A DNA stretch of 34,173 nt, taken from a virus. Lineage: Duplodnaviria; Caudoviricetes. Positions 9,898-19,610 of this stretch are shown here, in pieces (the first letter of the stretch is position 1; each line of letters starts with the position of its first letter). Made by a program: the position numbers and the translations under genes. Under the pieces are notes generated by a model. It did not search any database, was not told the DNA's origin, and worked only from the letters and a program-made list of their open reading frames with translations. The DNA lies in the IMG/VR virus record IMGVR_UViG_3300011338_000730, positions 1 through 34,173 of that record; one strand, 5' to 3'.

Positions 9898-10556
9898 TGA
9901 CACTCACGCAATTAAAAACATTAGTTTCAGTTTGGCTAGACGACTTACAATTCGGATATTTTTCCGAGGCACAAGTTACAGTATGGTTAAACAATGCTCA
10001 AAGAGAGTGTCAAAAATTACTTTTGCAAGCAGGACAAAATTACTACGCAAAAACAATGGCAACAAGTTTAGTTGCTGATCAAAATGAATATATATTACCG
10101 GATGACTTTTTTGACTTGCACAGACTTGCGATTATACAATCAGGAAGTGGCGCTACCGCGACTCAATCGCCCTTGCAGTACATAACACTCAATCAAAGGG
10201 ATCTAGTCTCAAACCAGTCCGGAGTGCCACAATATTACACAATAGTTAGAAATAGACTAATTTTGTTTCCAGTGCCTAATTCTACTCAAACAATGTTACT
10301 GACTTATTCTTATATGGTTGAGGATATGGTGAACGGAATAGATATTCCAGACGTACCACCTGAGTATCATGAATATTTAGCAGTTCTAGCGACGCTTGAC
10401 GGGTTTTTAAGAGATGGCAGGGATATGGGGCCAATGCTTACAAAGAGAGCATACTACGAGAACATGATGAAACAAGCATCTCAAGAGCGTAACCTTGATG
10501 CGCCTAGATCGATTGTTGTTACAGAAAATTCAGCTTACGGATCATATTATTGGTAA
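9897..10556 (+). CDS. Head-tail adaptor / tail tubular protein A-like
   Basis: MTLTQLKT..WLNNAQ, EYILPDDF, GVPQYY, LFPVP, PPEYHEYL motifs; upstream of nozzle. Confidence 0.8.
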   Translation: MTLTQLKTLVSVWLDDLQFGYFSEAQVTVWLNNAQRECQKLLLQAGQNYYAKTMATSLVADQNEYILPDDFFDLHRLAIIQSGSGATATQSPLQYITLNQRDLVSNQSGVPQYYTIVRNRLILFPVPNSTQTMLLTYSYMVEDMVNGIDIPDVPPEYHEYLAVLATLDGFLRDGRDMGPMLTKRAYYENMMKQASQERNLDAPRSIVVTENSAYGSYYW

Positions 10557-10559
10557 TTT

Positions 10560-12689
10560 ATGGCATATGAAAAACTAAAATCAGAGAGCTATCAGTTACT
10601 AGGGGGGATGAATAACAAGGCATCTCCATACAATAATTCTCCAATGGAATTTAGAGAATTAACTAACATGCAATTTACTGCGCCGGGTGCGATAGATAAG
10701 CGCCAAGGTTCAACGCTTTTCTTTCAAGGTAGTAGTACAAAGATTCTAGGCTTATTTGAATATGAGAAGTTAGATGGCTCAAGTTACTTATTATTTAATG
10801 ATGCTAATGGAGTATATAAAACATCATTAGCGGGAAGCACTTTGCTTGGTGGGTATACAACAATGCCTGTATTCGGTAATTCATTTATTACCAATACAAG
10901 TGGTATTACCACTGCTGGAAATATTAGTGGTAAGGCAGATATAACGTCTTTTGTTGATTGGTCCTTTTTTGCACTAAGCAATAACGAAACAACAAATGAA
11001 ACAAATACATTTAATTTAAGAAAATCAGATGGAAGCACTTTGTTTTTGTTTGGTTTACCAAGACCGCCATCTTTTGGATTAAATTACTCAGGCTCTTCCT
11101 TGGCTGGGGCTTTTGGTTTTGTTGCCAATGCAGGAACAACATTTACAGGGGCTTCATTATCAACTGGTTTATATAAGGTTGCATATTCGTATATTAATAA
11201 TCGTGGGTATATAGGCCCTTCCACTGTAAATAAAATACTAGCGACAAGCACAACGATTTTAACGGGTAAATATATTGATAATTATATAGATAACATTGCG
11301 AATGAGTATTCGCTTGTATTAGGTGGGATAGCATCCCCTCCTGATTTTGTTTATGGAAGTACGGCCATTCAAGTAGATACACCATTAGCTCTTGAAAAAT
11401 ATCCAATGTTTGGAATTTCTTATATTGCAATATTTTGCTCTTTAGTTAATCAATCAACTCCGTTTTATTTAACAAGCATTCCACTAGGAACTGCTACTTT
11501 TATTATTAGGAATTTATCTAATTTATCCGAAATACCTGCAAACGATTATGGTCAAGTTACCGTGTCGGTGTCAGATAATAGGCCCGCTTATATAGATTCT
11601 AATTTAGTTTATTCTCCCAAATGGATTGAAATTTATAACAATAGATTATTTCTTTTTAATCTTGTTTCTACAGATAATAAGTTTACTCCCAGGTTTTTAG
11701 TTAGTGGAGGAACAACAACCGACCCATCTGCGAGTGTAAAAACATTTTCAGCCTCAGAGGCTAAAAGTAGTTTTGTATATTCCGAGCTAGGTGAACCTGA
11801 AGCGATTGATTATTCTAATTTAACAGAAGTGCGAACAAATGACGGCGATGAAATAACAGGAGCTAAGTCTTACAATAATGCTCTAGTAATTACCAAAAAC
11901 AGATCAATTCATCAATTAAACGGACAAGACCCAGATAACTTTGTTCTCAATCAGGTAACCGATCAATACGGATGCGTAAATAATCGAGCAATGGTTATAT
12001 TTGAAGATGTTTTATGGATGTTAGATCGCAAGGGCATCATTCAATACAATGGCGCAAATGTCATTATTGCATCTACAAAAATGGATTCTATTTTTGCTAG
12101 AATGAATTATAAATATGCACAAAGAGAAGCGTGTGCAACTTATCATAAAGCAATTAATCAAGTGTGGTTTTCTTTTCCTGTTGATGAATCAGAAGAAAAT
12201 AACATGACAGTGGTATTTGATATTATCACAAAGCAATGGACTAAATTTGAAGGGTTTAAACCAGCGGTAACAACAATTGCACAAAGTTCATTATCAAAGC
12301 CACAAATGTTTTATGGCGGGTATAGTGGAGGGATATTTCATTTCTCTGAAAGCTATATGGTTGATTATGGAGCAAGTGGAATGACATGTTTATTTCAAAC
12401 TCCGTACTATGCGCCGACAGGACATACTACAGAAAGACAATTTAGAAGGTTTTACTTAGATGTCGATCCTATAACGGGTTCATCAGTACCAATTCAATTA
12501 AACTTTTTACCTAACTTTGGAACTACTGTAGGGCATACTGCTCAAATATATCAAAACCCATTTCAATCTAGGATTGATTTTGGAATTCCAGCGAAGAGCT
12601 TATCAGTACAGGCTAAATTCTTTTCGGCGACTCATTCACTAAAGGTTAATGGATATACTTTCGAATCAAGATATCAAAGGAATGTGTAA
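10560..12689 (+). CDS. Tail nozzle / tail tubular protein B (P22 gp10-like beta-propeller)
   Basis: 709 aa; GGMN, KRQGS, YSELGEPE, GDEITG, GCVNNRA, QWTKF propeller motifs. Confidence 0.8.
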   Translation: MAYEKLKSESYQLLGGMNNKASPYNNSPMEFRELTNMQFTAPGAIDKRQGSTLFFQGSSTKILGLFEYEKLDGSSYLLFNDANGVYKTSLAGSTLLGGYTTMPVFGNSFITNTSGITTAGNISGKADITSFVDWSFFALSNNETTNETNTFNLRKSDGSTLFLFGLPRPPSFGLNYSGSSLAGAFGFVANAGTTFTGASLSTGLYKVAYSYINNRGYIGPSTVNKILATSTTILTGKYIDNYIDNIANEYSLVLGGIASPPDFVYGSTAIQVDTPLALEKYPMFGISYIAIFCSLVNQSTPFYLTSIPLGTATFIIRNLSNLSEIPANDYGQVTVSVSDNRPAYIDSNLVYSPKWIEIYNNRLFLFNLVSTDNKFTPRFLVSGGTTTDPSASVKTFSASEAKSSFVYSELGEPEAIDYSNLTEVRTNDGDEITGAKSYNNALVITKNRSIHQLNGQDPDNFVLNQVTDQYGCVNNRAMVIFEDVLWMLDRKGIIQYNGANVIIASTKMDSIFARMNYKYAQREACATYHKAINQVWFSFPVDESEENNMTVVFDIITKQWTKFEGFKPAVTTIAQSSLSKPQMFYGGYSGGIFHFSESYMVDYGASGMTCLFQTPYYAPTGHTTERQFRRFYLDVDPITGSSVPIQLNFLPNFGTTVGHTAQIYQNPFQSRIDFGIPAKSLSVQAKFFSATHSLKVNGYTFESRYQRNV

Positions 12690-13018
12690 TGAAGCTTAAG
12701 GCATTTAATCTTTTTAACTTAAAGGATTTAGATCAACTCGCACGATTCACAACAATAATGATGAATGACATTTTACGTGTGGTGAATGGTAATCTAAGTT
12801 TTGAAGATAATTTTAATTCTCGCTTTGTTGATGTTTCTTTTACTGCGGCAAACACTGAAGTTTATGTTCCTCATACGTTGGGTAGAATCCCTCAAGGGTA
12901 TATACTTACAAAAACGAATGCGGCTGCGAGTATTTATTCAGGGACTACAGCTTTTACAGATGGGGCAATTTATTTAAAATCGTCTGCTATTGCAGAAGTG
13001 AGTATATTAATTTTTTAG
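12689..13018 (+). CDS. Putative tail protein
   Basis: TAATG overlap; NGNLSF.DNF and HTLGRIPQG motif seen in tail-associated proteins. Confidence 0.55.
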   Translation: MKLKAFNLFNLKDLDQLARFTTIMMNDILRVVNGNLSFEDNFNSRFVDVSFTAANTEVYVPHTLGRIPQGYILTKTNAAASIYSGTTAFTDGAIYLKSSAIAEVSILIF

Positions 13019-13029
13019 GAGAATGACAG

Positions 13030-13959
13030 ATGGCTGGTAATGCATTTAAAGGTACGATGACAACTGGAGCGCCAGGAAGTGAAAACATTCTATCTGGACT
13101 TCATGGCTATTACGATAGCATTGAGCATTTAACTAATAGTAAAGAATTTAAAAAGTTACCCTCTTTTGCAAGAGAATCATTTTTAACAGCATGGAAGAAT
13201 AATGCTAATATTACTCAAGTTTCAAATGAATTAGATGATTTAACAAAAGCAGCAAAAGAAGCACTAGCCGCACAACAAAAAGCGATTGAAGATGCTGAGA
13301 GAGCACGAGTAGATGCAGAAAATAGAAGGCTAGCTAAACAAGAATTAGATGAACGACTAGCGCAAGAACACGCTGCAAATATAAAGCGTGAGTTAATAGG
13401 GCAATCAGAGGAGTTTGAGCGTAACAAGGCTGGCTTAGGCCAAAGAATGGCAGCTCTTGCTGGTGAAGACACTCGGTTACAATTAGGTGAACAACTTAAA
13501 GATGTAGAACAAGCGGCAAACAGAAGAGGGCTTCTTTATTCAGGGATGAAAGAAAGAGCATTAGGACAAACAAGGGGTGCTGCAAGTGCTGACTTAATGG
13601 CAAAACAACAAGCGATTAATGAAGACATACAAGCTCAATCAGATGCTTATAAGCAACTAGCTTCACAAGGAGTTAGGCAGAATGAAGGCCAAATATTTGC
13701 AAACATGGGGCAAAGACAAGCGAACGCATTAAATTCATATCAACAAGGATTACAAGCGAGACGAGCAAAGCTTGCAGGTAATCAAAATACTAGAGGCCTT
13801 ACTGAAAATGCTTTTAAGCTAAATCAAGGTTACAAAAACTTTATGGAAGGTGAGCCAGATACGGGCTATTATCCAGCGGCATTTCAAGCGGGTGGGCAGA
13901 TATTGGGTGCGGGTATTAGTGCTTACAATAATAGAGATAAAGGAAAGACTACGACATGA
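13030..13959 (+). CDS. Putative internal virion / ejection protein
   Basis: Ala/Gln-rich coiled coil, ANRRGLLYSG motif, after tail genes. Confidence 0.6.
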   Translation: MAGNAFKGTMTTGAPGSENILSGLHGYYDSIEHLTNSKEFKKLPSFARESFLTAWKNNANITQVSNELDDLTKAAKEALAAQQKAIEDAERARVDAENRRLAKQELDERLAQEHAANIKRELIGQSEEFERNKAGLGQRMAALAGEDTRLQLGEQLKDVEQAANRRGLLYSGMKERALGQTRGAASADLMAKQQAINEDIQAQSDAYKQLASQGVRQNEGQIFANMGQRQANALNSYQQGLQARRAKLAGNQNTRGLTENAFKLNQGYKNFMEGEPDTGYYPAAFQAGGQILGAGISAYNNRDKGKTTT

Positions 13960-14642
13960 GTGTTTCAAATTTAGCTGATTTATCAATTCCTAATATGAGC
14001 GAGCAGGATAAGGCACTCCTTAAACAAAGGCAGGCGGATTTATTACGATCTCGGGAAGACATTGTATCGCAAGGGATGGGTAATGTAGCGAATACAGCTT
14101 CTATTGGTTCTGGCCCTGTAAATCCTAATAATGCTGCGGTAAATGCGATTCGAGCGAGATCGGCACAAAAGTTTAATGCTGATTTAAACGACATCATGCA
14201 GAAGCAGCAATATGCATCTTATGGTAAGCGGGCAAAGAATGTCGCTACTGCTTTTGATGAGGCTTCTTCTGATTATGAATCTTTAATGAAAAAGAATGCT
14301 GCAATAAATGATTTAGCCTCAAAAAGAGATCAATTAAAAATTGATGAATTAGGTTTAGATTTTCAAGAAATCCTTGATGCTAAGTATGAAAGACTAACAC
14401 AATTAAATCAAAGAATTATGATTGATACTGACATTGAGAATAAACGCAGAAAAGCAGAAGAAGCTAAGAATGCTATTTTAAAAGGTATCTTAGGTTCAGT
14501 GGGTATGATTGGCGGAGCGGTAGCGGGTGGATTAATGGGCGGGCCTGTGGGTGCTGGCGTAGGCGCGGGCGTAGGTTCACAAGCAGGAAATTTAGCAACG
14601 GGATACGACCCAACAAGTGCACCACGAAGAGGAGACTATTAA
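13956..14642 (+). CDS. Putative ejection protein with C-terminal glycine zipper
   Basis: Coiled coil plus GGAVAGGLMGGPVGAGVGAGVG. Confidence 0.6.
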   Translation: MSVSNLADLSIPNMSEQDKALLKQRQADLLRSREDIVSQGMGNVANTASIGSGPVNPNNAAVNAIRARSAQKFNADLNDIMQKQQYASYGKRAKNVATAFDEASSDYESLMKKNAAINDLASKRDQLKIDELGLDFQEILDAKYERLTQLNQRIMIDTDIENKRRKAEEAKNAILKGILGSVGMIGGAVAGGLMGGPVGAGVGAGVGSQAGNLATGYDPTSAPRRGDY

Positions 14643-14643
14643 C

Positions 14644-15885
14644 ATGGGACTAGAAACAGCGGGAAATATAGCAGCATTATTCGGTGGTGCAGTTAAAGGG
14701 TATCAAGACCAAAGCGAAATTGAATTAAAAAAGCAGCAACTAGCGAGAGATGAGGAATTAAAACGCTTACAAATTGAAGCTGGTTTAATGGAAAAAGGAC
14801 TAATTAAGTCCGCAAATGGCGGTTGGGAATATAGTCCAGAAGAGTTAGATAAAAGAAAATTAGACAGAGATTATAAACAAGCACAAATTGGAGCTACTGA
14901 AGCACTTGCGGAATATAGAAAAACTGGCGGTAATGATTTAAAATCTGCTCAAGCTGGTTTTGAAAAAGACCCATTAGGCAACTTGGTTGAATCAGATTAT
15001 TTAAAAAGAAAAAGACAGCTAGAATTAGATTATCAGGCAGCACAAGCTAAAAAATCTTTAGGGTTAGTTAATGTACCCGAGGCCGCATCTGTAGAGGCCA
15101 AAAATAAAGTGGAGGCCGACTTAAAATCTGCTGAACTTTTAGAGAAGGGATTTACGTTATTACCCGATGGCAAATGGCTTGCGCCGGATGAGTCTAAAAA
15201 ACCTTGGAATAAAGAAGAACAAGACGTTAGAAAATATTATCGTGAAGAATTGGGCGTGGAGTTTAATCCTAGGACAGGCAAAAAAGAAAAAATTGAGGGA
15301 TGGAGACCGAAAAAAGAAAATAAACCTAAAGAAAAAACAATCATTGAAGACACCATGGAAAGGGAAATCGCTAAAAAAGTAGCGGTTCAAGCCACTATTC
15401 ATAGCCAAATAATGCCAGTTATAAAAACATTTGAAGACCCGAATATTAGCGAGAAGCAAAAAATTGCAGCTGGTGACACTATTGCTAAATCAATTAATTC
15501 ATCTGCTGGTAGTTGGGATGCCGTAACTGGTGGCGAAGCTGAGAGGGCGTTAGGGCAATTAGATATTTTACCAAATAAACACAAATTAAAATTTGGAGCA
15601 GATACGCAAGAGTTTTTAAAATCTATAAAAAATCTAAATAAGCGTATTGCTAATACAATAAGTTCTAATGAACGAATATTAAAAGGAGTGAGAAGCGGAG
15701 TGGGAGTTAGTGGACTTATTGAAAAAGATAACATTCCAGTGCCACCAGATAAAAAAGAAAATGAACCCCCCGTAATGAGTACTGATAAAGTCATTAGAGC
15801 TAAGTCTGTTTTAAGTGACCCTAAGGCGACTGAAAAAGCTAAACTAGGGGCTAGAAAATACTTAAATCAATTAGGAGTTAAATAA
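14644..15885 (+). CDS. Putative ejection protein with internal repeats
   Basis: Start moved to ATG 14644 (GAGGAG RBS); N-term AALFGGAVKGY; repeated G..K...G....S.....KR.L..DY..AQ. Confidence 0.55.
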   Translation: MGLETAGNIAALFGGAVKGYQDQSEIELKKQQLARDEELKRLQIEAGLMEKGLIKSANGGWEYSPEELDKRKLDRDYKQAQIGATEALAEYRKTGGNDLKSAQAGFEKDPLGNLVESDYLKRKRQLELDYQAAQAKKSLGLVNVPEAASVEAKNKVEADLKSAELLEKGFTLLPDGKWLAPDESKKPWNKEEQDVRKYYREELGVEFNPRTGKKEKIEGWRPKKENKPKEKTIIEDTMEREIAKKVAVQATIHSQIMPVIKTFEDPNISEKQKIAAGDTIAKSINSSAGSWDAVTGGEAERALGQLDILPNKHKLKFGADTQEFLKSIKNLNKRIANTISSNERILKGVRSGVGVSGLIEKDNIPVPPDKKENEPPVMSTDKVIRAKSVLSDPKATEKAKLGARKYLNQLGVK

Positions 15886-17936
15886 TGGCTACAAAAAAAG
15901 TAACCCCTAAAAAAGTTGAGCCGGACTATTCAGAGTTTGAGGCCATAGCTGATGAGCCGGATTATTCAGAGTTTGAAGCGATGGCCGATGATGATAATAT
16001 ATTAATGCAATCAGTTAAAGATACTTATACAGGACTCAAGACGGTTGGTGGTTGGGGTTTAGAGGGTTTAAAGTATGTGGCTGAAAAAAAAGAAAAGTAT
16101 TTAGATGCGCCATTTAGACAAACGATTAGCGATACGATTGAAGGCAAGCCAATTACTGGTTTAATTTCTGGGTTAAAGCAAATAGGAGGCGACCCAAAAC
16201 AAGCACCTACAGGCGCGCAGATAGCTTCTCAATTGGGGGTTAAAGACCAAACTCCTTTAGTTAATCCAGAAGGAACTACAGCCGGACTTTTAAAAGAGTA
16301 TAACATTCCGTTACCCACTAAACAAAATATTGCGGGCCTAGGGGTGGAGCTTGCGGCTGATCCATTATTCTTTGGTAAGCCAATAACAGGCGCAATTAAA
16401 ACGGTTGGTGGTATAACTAAGGGATTAATTAAAGGGGCCTCAAAAGTAGGCGACCTTGCTTTAGGTGAAGGTGTTATTTCAAGACCTGTAGAGGCTACGG
16501 GTAGAATCTTTAATGCCGCTATTGGTGAGGGATTTAACCCAATAAAAACTGAATATGCAGATAGAATGATTAATACAGCCAAAAGTATTGGAATACCCGA
16601 GGAAGAATTGTCGGCGGCTACTAAGTACGGTCCTGAAAGTTTATTATCTCAAACTGAACGGGCAACAATGCAATCACCGGCTGGTAAAGATATAGTAAAA
16701 ACACACCAACAAACAAATAGTAAAATTACAAAAGCCATTTATGAAGAAATTGATGATATTGCGCCACCAACAAAAAAATCTGAGGTTGGTGAGATCATTA
16801 GATACACGGTAAAAGATGCTCAAGATAAATTATTAAAAGATGTAGAAGGCGCTACGATGGCACAAGCTAGTAAAAAAGCGCCGTTAAGTAGTTTAAAAAT
16901 AACAGAGCCTAAAAAACCTACTGTTTTTGAAGAAATGAAAGCCTGGATAACAAATAAACCAATTAAAAAGGAGTTACCAAAAAGACCTTATTTAGAATTA
17001 GACACAAAAGCCACAACTCCTTTGCAGCAAAGCTTAAGTGCTTCTAAAAAGCTTATTAATGATGAGCTAGTAAGTGGAAGAAGTACGCTTGCTGCGGGTG
17101 AAATTTCAGAATTAGACAAGGTGGTAAAAATAGCCGAAAAAGCACAAAACTATGACGACGCAGTAAAAGCGTTAAAACAAATTGGCAAGGTAGCTTTTGA
17201 TGATATTCCAAAGGCTACAAGACTAGGTCAAGTCTCAGCACCTAAAGAAGAAGTAATGAAACTATACTTTGGACTACAAGATGCAATTATAGGCACCATA
17301 AGAAGTAAAATATCGCCTGAACTAGCTGATAGTGTTGTAAAAAACAATATTATGATGACAAGTTTTTTCAGAGATAGAAACTTGTTTATGGATGTTTTAG
17401 AAAATGCAAAAGTAGATGGCGAAGCTGTTTTCAATAAACTTGTTGGGCCTGGTAAGTCTCAAAATATAAAGGCATTAAAAAACATACTCCCTGACGAAAC
17501 ATTTAATGAGTTATCATCTACCTATATTAATTCACTTATTAAGAAAAATGCCACGGGCGAATTACTTTATGCTTCGACGTTAAAAAATATAGAATCTAAA
17601 AAAGATTTTCTTTTGAACTTTATACCAGAGAAAAAATTAGAAAAATTAATAAATACTTTAGAGCTAGGAGTAAGACAGGGGGCTGATAAACTTAACACTT
17701 CTGGAACTCAGATTTCTGAAATGATTAACAAAGGACTTGCCGGCCTACTTACAGCCGGAAGAACTCGCTCGGGTTATGAGATGTTAAAAAAACGGGCAGC
17801 AAAAGAGAGTGGCGCTGCTACTCCCATAATTGGAAAGGGTGGTTATATAGGACCACAGGCACCAAGTAGGTTTGAAAATAGCGTTAGAGCGGCGGGATTA
17901 ATAAACAGGTATAATCAACAAAAGGAGAGAGAATAA
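15885..17936 (+). CDS. Large putative ejection / internal virion protein
   Basis: 683 aa; YLDAPFR and GLGVELAADPL motifs typical of podovirus internal proteins. Confidence 0.6.
   Translation: MATKKVTPKKVEPDYSEFEAIADEPDYSEFEAMADDDNILMQSVKDTYTGLKTVGGWGLEGLKYVAEKKEKYLDAPFRQTISDTIEGKPITGLISGLKQIGGDPKQAPTGAQIASQLGVKDQTPLVNPEGTTAGLLKEYNIPLPTKQNIAGLGVELAADPLFFGKPITGAIKTVGGITKGLIKGASKVGDLALGEGVISRPVEATGRIFNAAIGEGFNPIKTEYADRMINTAKSIGIPEEELSAATKYGPESLLSQTERATMQSPAGKDIVKTHQQTNSKITKAIYEEIDDIAPPTKKSEVGEIIRYTVKDAQDKLLKDVEGATMAQASKKAPLSSLKITEPKKPTVFEEMKAWITNKPIKKELPKRPYLELDTKATTPLQQSLSASKKLINDELVSGRSTLAAGEISELDKVVKIAEKAQNYDDAVKALKQIGKVAFDDIPKATRLGQVSAPKEEVMKLYFGLQDAIIGTIRSKISPELADSVVKNNIMMTSFFRDRNLFMDVLENAKVDGEAVFNKLVGPGKSQNIKALKNILPDETFNELSSTYINSLIKKNATGELLYASTLKNIESKKDFLLNFIPEKKLEKLINTLELGVRQGADKLNTSGTQISEMINKGLAGLLTAGRTRSGYEMLKKRAAKESGAATPIIGKGGYIGPQAPSRFENSVRAAGLINRYNQQKERE
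15918..15989 (+). repeat. 36-bp in-frame tandem duplication (EPDYSEFEA[I/M]AD x2)
   Basis: gagccggactattcagagtttgag... repeated at 15954. Confidence 0.85.
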
Positions 17937-17937
17937 A

Positions 17938-18315
17938 ATGGAACTATCAGAACTAATTAAAGAGAGAAGACTAGCGGCGGCAAAGGCAGCACCAAAAGAT
18001 GAGGAGACTGTTTTTGAGAAGGTGTCGAGTAAATATAAAGAAAAGACACCTGAATTAACTAAAGAAGCGTCGATGAAAAAAACAAAAATTAAGCCGGATG
18101 TAACAGACGGTGAATTAGATGCAATTTCAGCGAGACAAAAAGCTAAAATGTCAGACTATCCTGAAGACATGAAAATGAAACCTAAGCGTTTCAGAGATAT
18201 TGATGATCGAGTTATTCAAAGATTAAAAGAGAGAGAAGAAGAAGCGGATATTCTCAGAGGTAAGGGAGTACCGGAGTGGAAGATTCAACAAAGATTAGAG
18301 ATGCGTGAAGAGTAG
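17938..18315 (+). CDS. Charged hypothetical protein
   Basis: 125-aa Lys/Glu-rich ORF. Confidence 0.65.
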   Translation: MELSELIKERRLAAAKAAPKDEETVFEKVSSKYKEKTPELTKEASMKKTKIKPDVTDGELDAISARQKAKMSDYPEDMKMKPKRFRDIDDRVIQRLKEREEEADILRGKGVPEWKIQQRLEMREE

Positions 18316-18318
18316 TTT

Positions 18319-18489
18319 ATGAATAAACTTGCCAATATTTCCAACAGTGAAGGATTACTAAAGATATATACGGGCAATAGTTCCTTGGCTGATATGCTTC
18401 GAAAAAAGCTAAAGAAAATGGCAGAGAATCGAGGCATCGAAGTGAAAGACAAGCCAGAGGAGAAGGTTAATGGAACTAATAAGCGCTAA
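18319..18489 (+). CDS. Small hypothetical protein, 56 aa (not in ORF track)
   Basis: MNKLANISNSEGLLKIY...; fills the gap in the operon. Confidence 0.45.
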   Translation: MNKLANISNSEGLLKIYTGNSSLADMLRKKLKKMAENRGIEVKDKPEEKVNGTNKR

Positions 18490-18673
18490 AATAGTATTTG
18501 AAGTATTGTTATCGTGTCTTGGGACTTTGTGTGTGTTTTTCTTTAATCGCATAAGTAAGGATATTGGTCGCATGACTGATTCGGTAGAGCAATTGAATGT
18601 TAAGGTTGCAGTTGTGTGCGAAAAAATAGAAAATCATGATAATCGAATAAAAGCGATTGAAAGGAAAATGTAA
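18470..18673 (+). CDS. Holin-like single-TM + coiled-coil protein
   Basis: GAGGAG RBS, hydrophobic N-terminus then coiled coil; lysis cassette position. Confidence 0.55.
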   Translation: MELISAKIVFEVLLSCLGTLCVFFFNRISKDIGRMTDSVEQLNVKVAVVCEKIENHDNRIKAIERKM

Positions 18674-18921
18674 TGTTAGATTGGATATTAAGTTTTGCGG
18701 TTAGTTTAATGAATTCTCACCCAGTGTTTGGGACTGTACTCATGGTAATGTCCTTACTTCGAGTAATTTTTAAACCTTTGATGGGTATTATCGATGCTTA
18801 TACAAAGTGGAGTGATAATAAGACAGACGATAAGTTATTCGCTGATTTTATTGCGTCTCCATTTTATACAACTTTTGTATATATATTAGATTATTTTGCA
18901 TCGATCAAGATTAAGAAATGA
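18673..18921 (+). CDS. Putative holin
   Basis: Hydrophobic segments, T..KTDD motif, basic C-terminus; overlaps endolysin start. Confidence 0.6.
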   Translation: MLDWILSFAVSLMNSHPVFGTVLMVMSLLRVIFKPLMGIIDAYTKWSDNKTDDKLFADFIASPFYTTFVYILDYFASIKIKK

Positions 18922-19397
18922 CACGAGACGAAGTTAAACAAAACATAATTGAGCAATGCTTGGAGTTTGGGGTTGATGAGACTTTGGCTTTGAGTATTGC
19001 TCGAATAGAATCAAGCTACAACGCATACGCTATTAAGTTTGAGCCTGATTTTAGGTATTCTTTGTCGATTGATGTCTTTGCTAAGCAAAATATACTATCC
19101 TACGACACAGAAAAGGCCTTACAGTCGATGAGTATAGGGCCTATGCAAGTGATGGGGCTAGTAATTAGAGAACTAAGCTATAAAGGTAATCTCGCTGAGG
19201 TAATAGCCAATCCCAAGCTTGGTATTAAATACGGATTAATGAAACTTAAGTCATTATGTAATCGTTATGAGAATGAGGACCATGTTATCTCAGCTTATAA
19301 CGCGGGAAGTGTTAGAAAGATAAATGGTAAGTTTAGTAATCAGGCCTATGTCGATAAAGTGAAGGTCCATTTAAATAAGTTACGAAATAACCTTTAA
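18918..19397 (+). CDS. Endolysin, soluble lytic transglycosylase (SLT) family
   Basis: IARIESS (catalytic Glu), SIGPMQVM, ISAYNAG, YVDKV motifs. Confidence 0.9.
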   Translation: MTRDEVKQNIIEQCLEFGVDETLALSIARIESSYNAYAIKFEPDFRYSLSIDVFAKQNILSYDTEKALQSMSIGPMQVMGLVIRELSYKGNLAEVIANPKLGIKYGLMKLKSLCNRYENEDHVISAYNAGSVRKINGKFSNQAYVDKVKVHLNKLRNNL

Positions 19398-19588
19398 TTG
19401 ATGAATTTCTTTTTTCTGTTATTACATTGAGTACAAAACTTAGTTTGTAGAACAGTTTGCATGAACATTCTGTCACAGCCAGGGCATTTTGTTTTTCTGC
19501 AATCAACACAATACCCAGTGGCATTGTATCCTATTTCTTTTTTACATTTCATGCAGTTTGCTTTGTATTGAGTTTTGCTTCTTGGCAT
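19394..19588 (-). CDS. Cys-rich zinc-finger protein
   Basis: Four CxxC pairs in 64 aa. Confidence 0.6.
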   Translation of the reverse strand: MPRSKTQYKANCMKCKKEIGYNATGYCVDCRKTKCPGCDRMFMQTVLQTKFCTQCNNRKKKFIN

Positions 19589-19610
19589 AACCAAGAGAGT
19601 GACAGGTTAT

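Noticed and set aside
4343-17434. Antisense ORFs within structural genes (e.g. 4343-4720, 6936-7310, 15399-15794, 16229-16582)
   Set aside because: Shadow frames of well-supported + strand genes, with no recognisable motifs.
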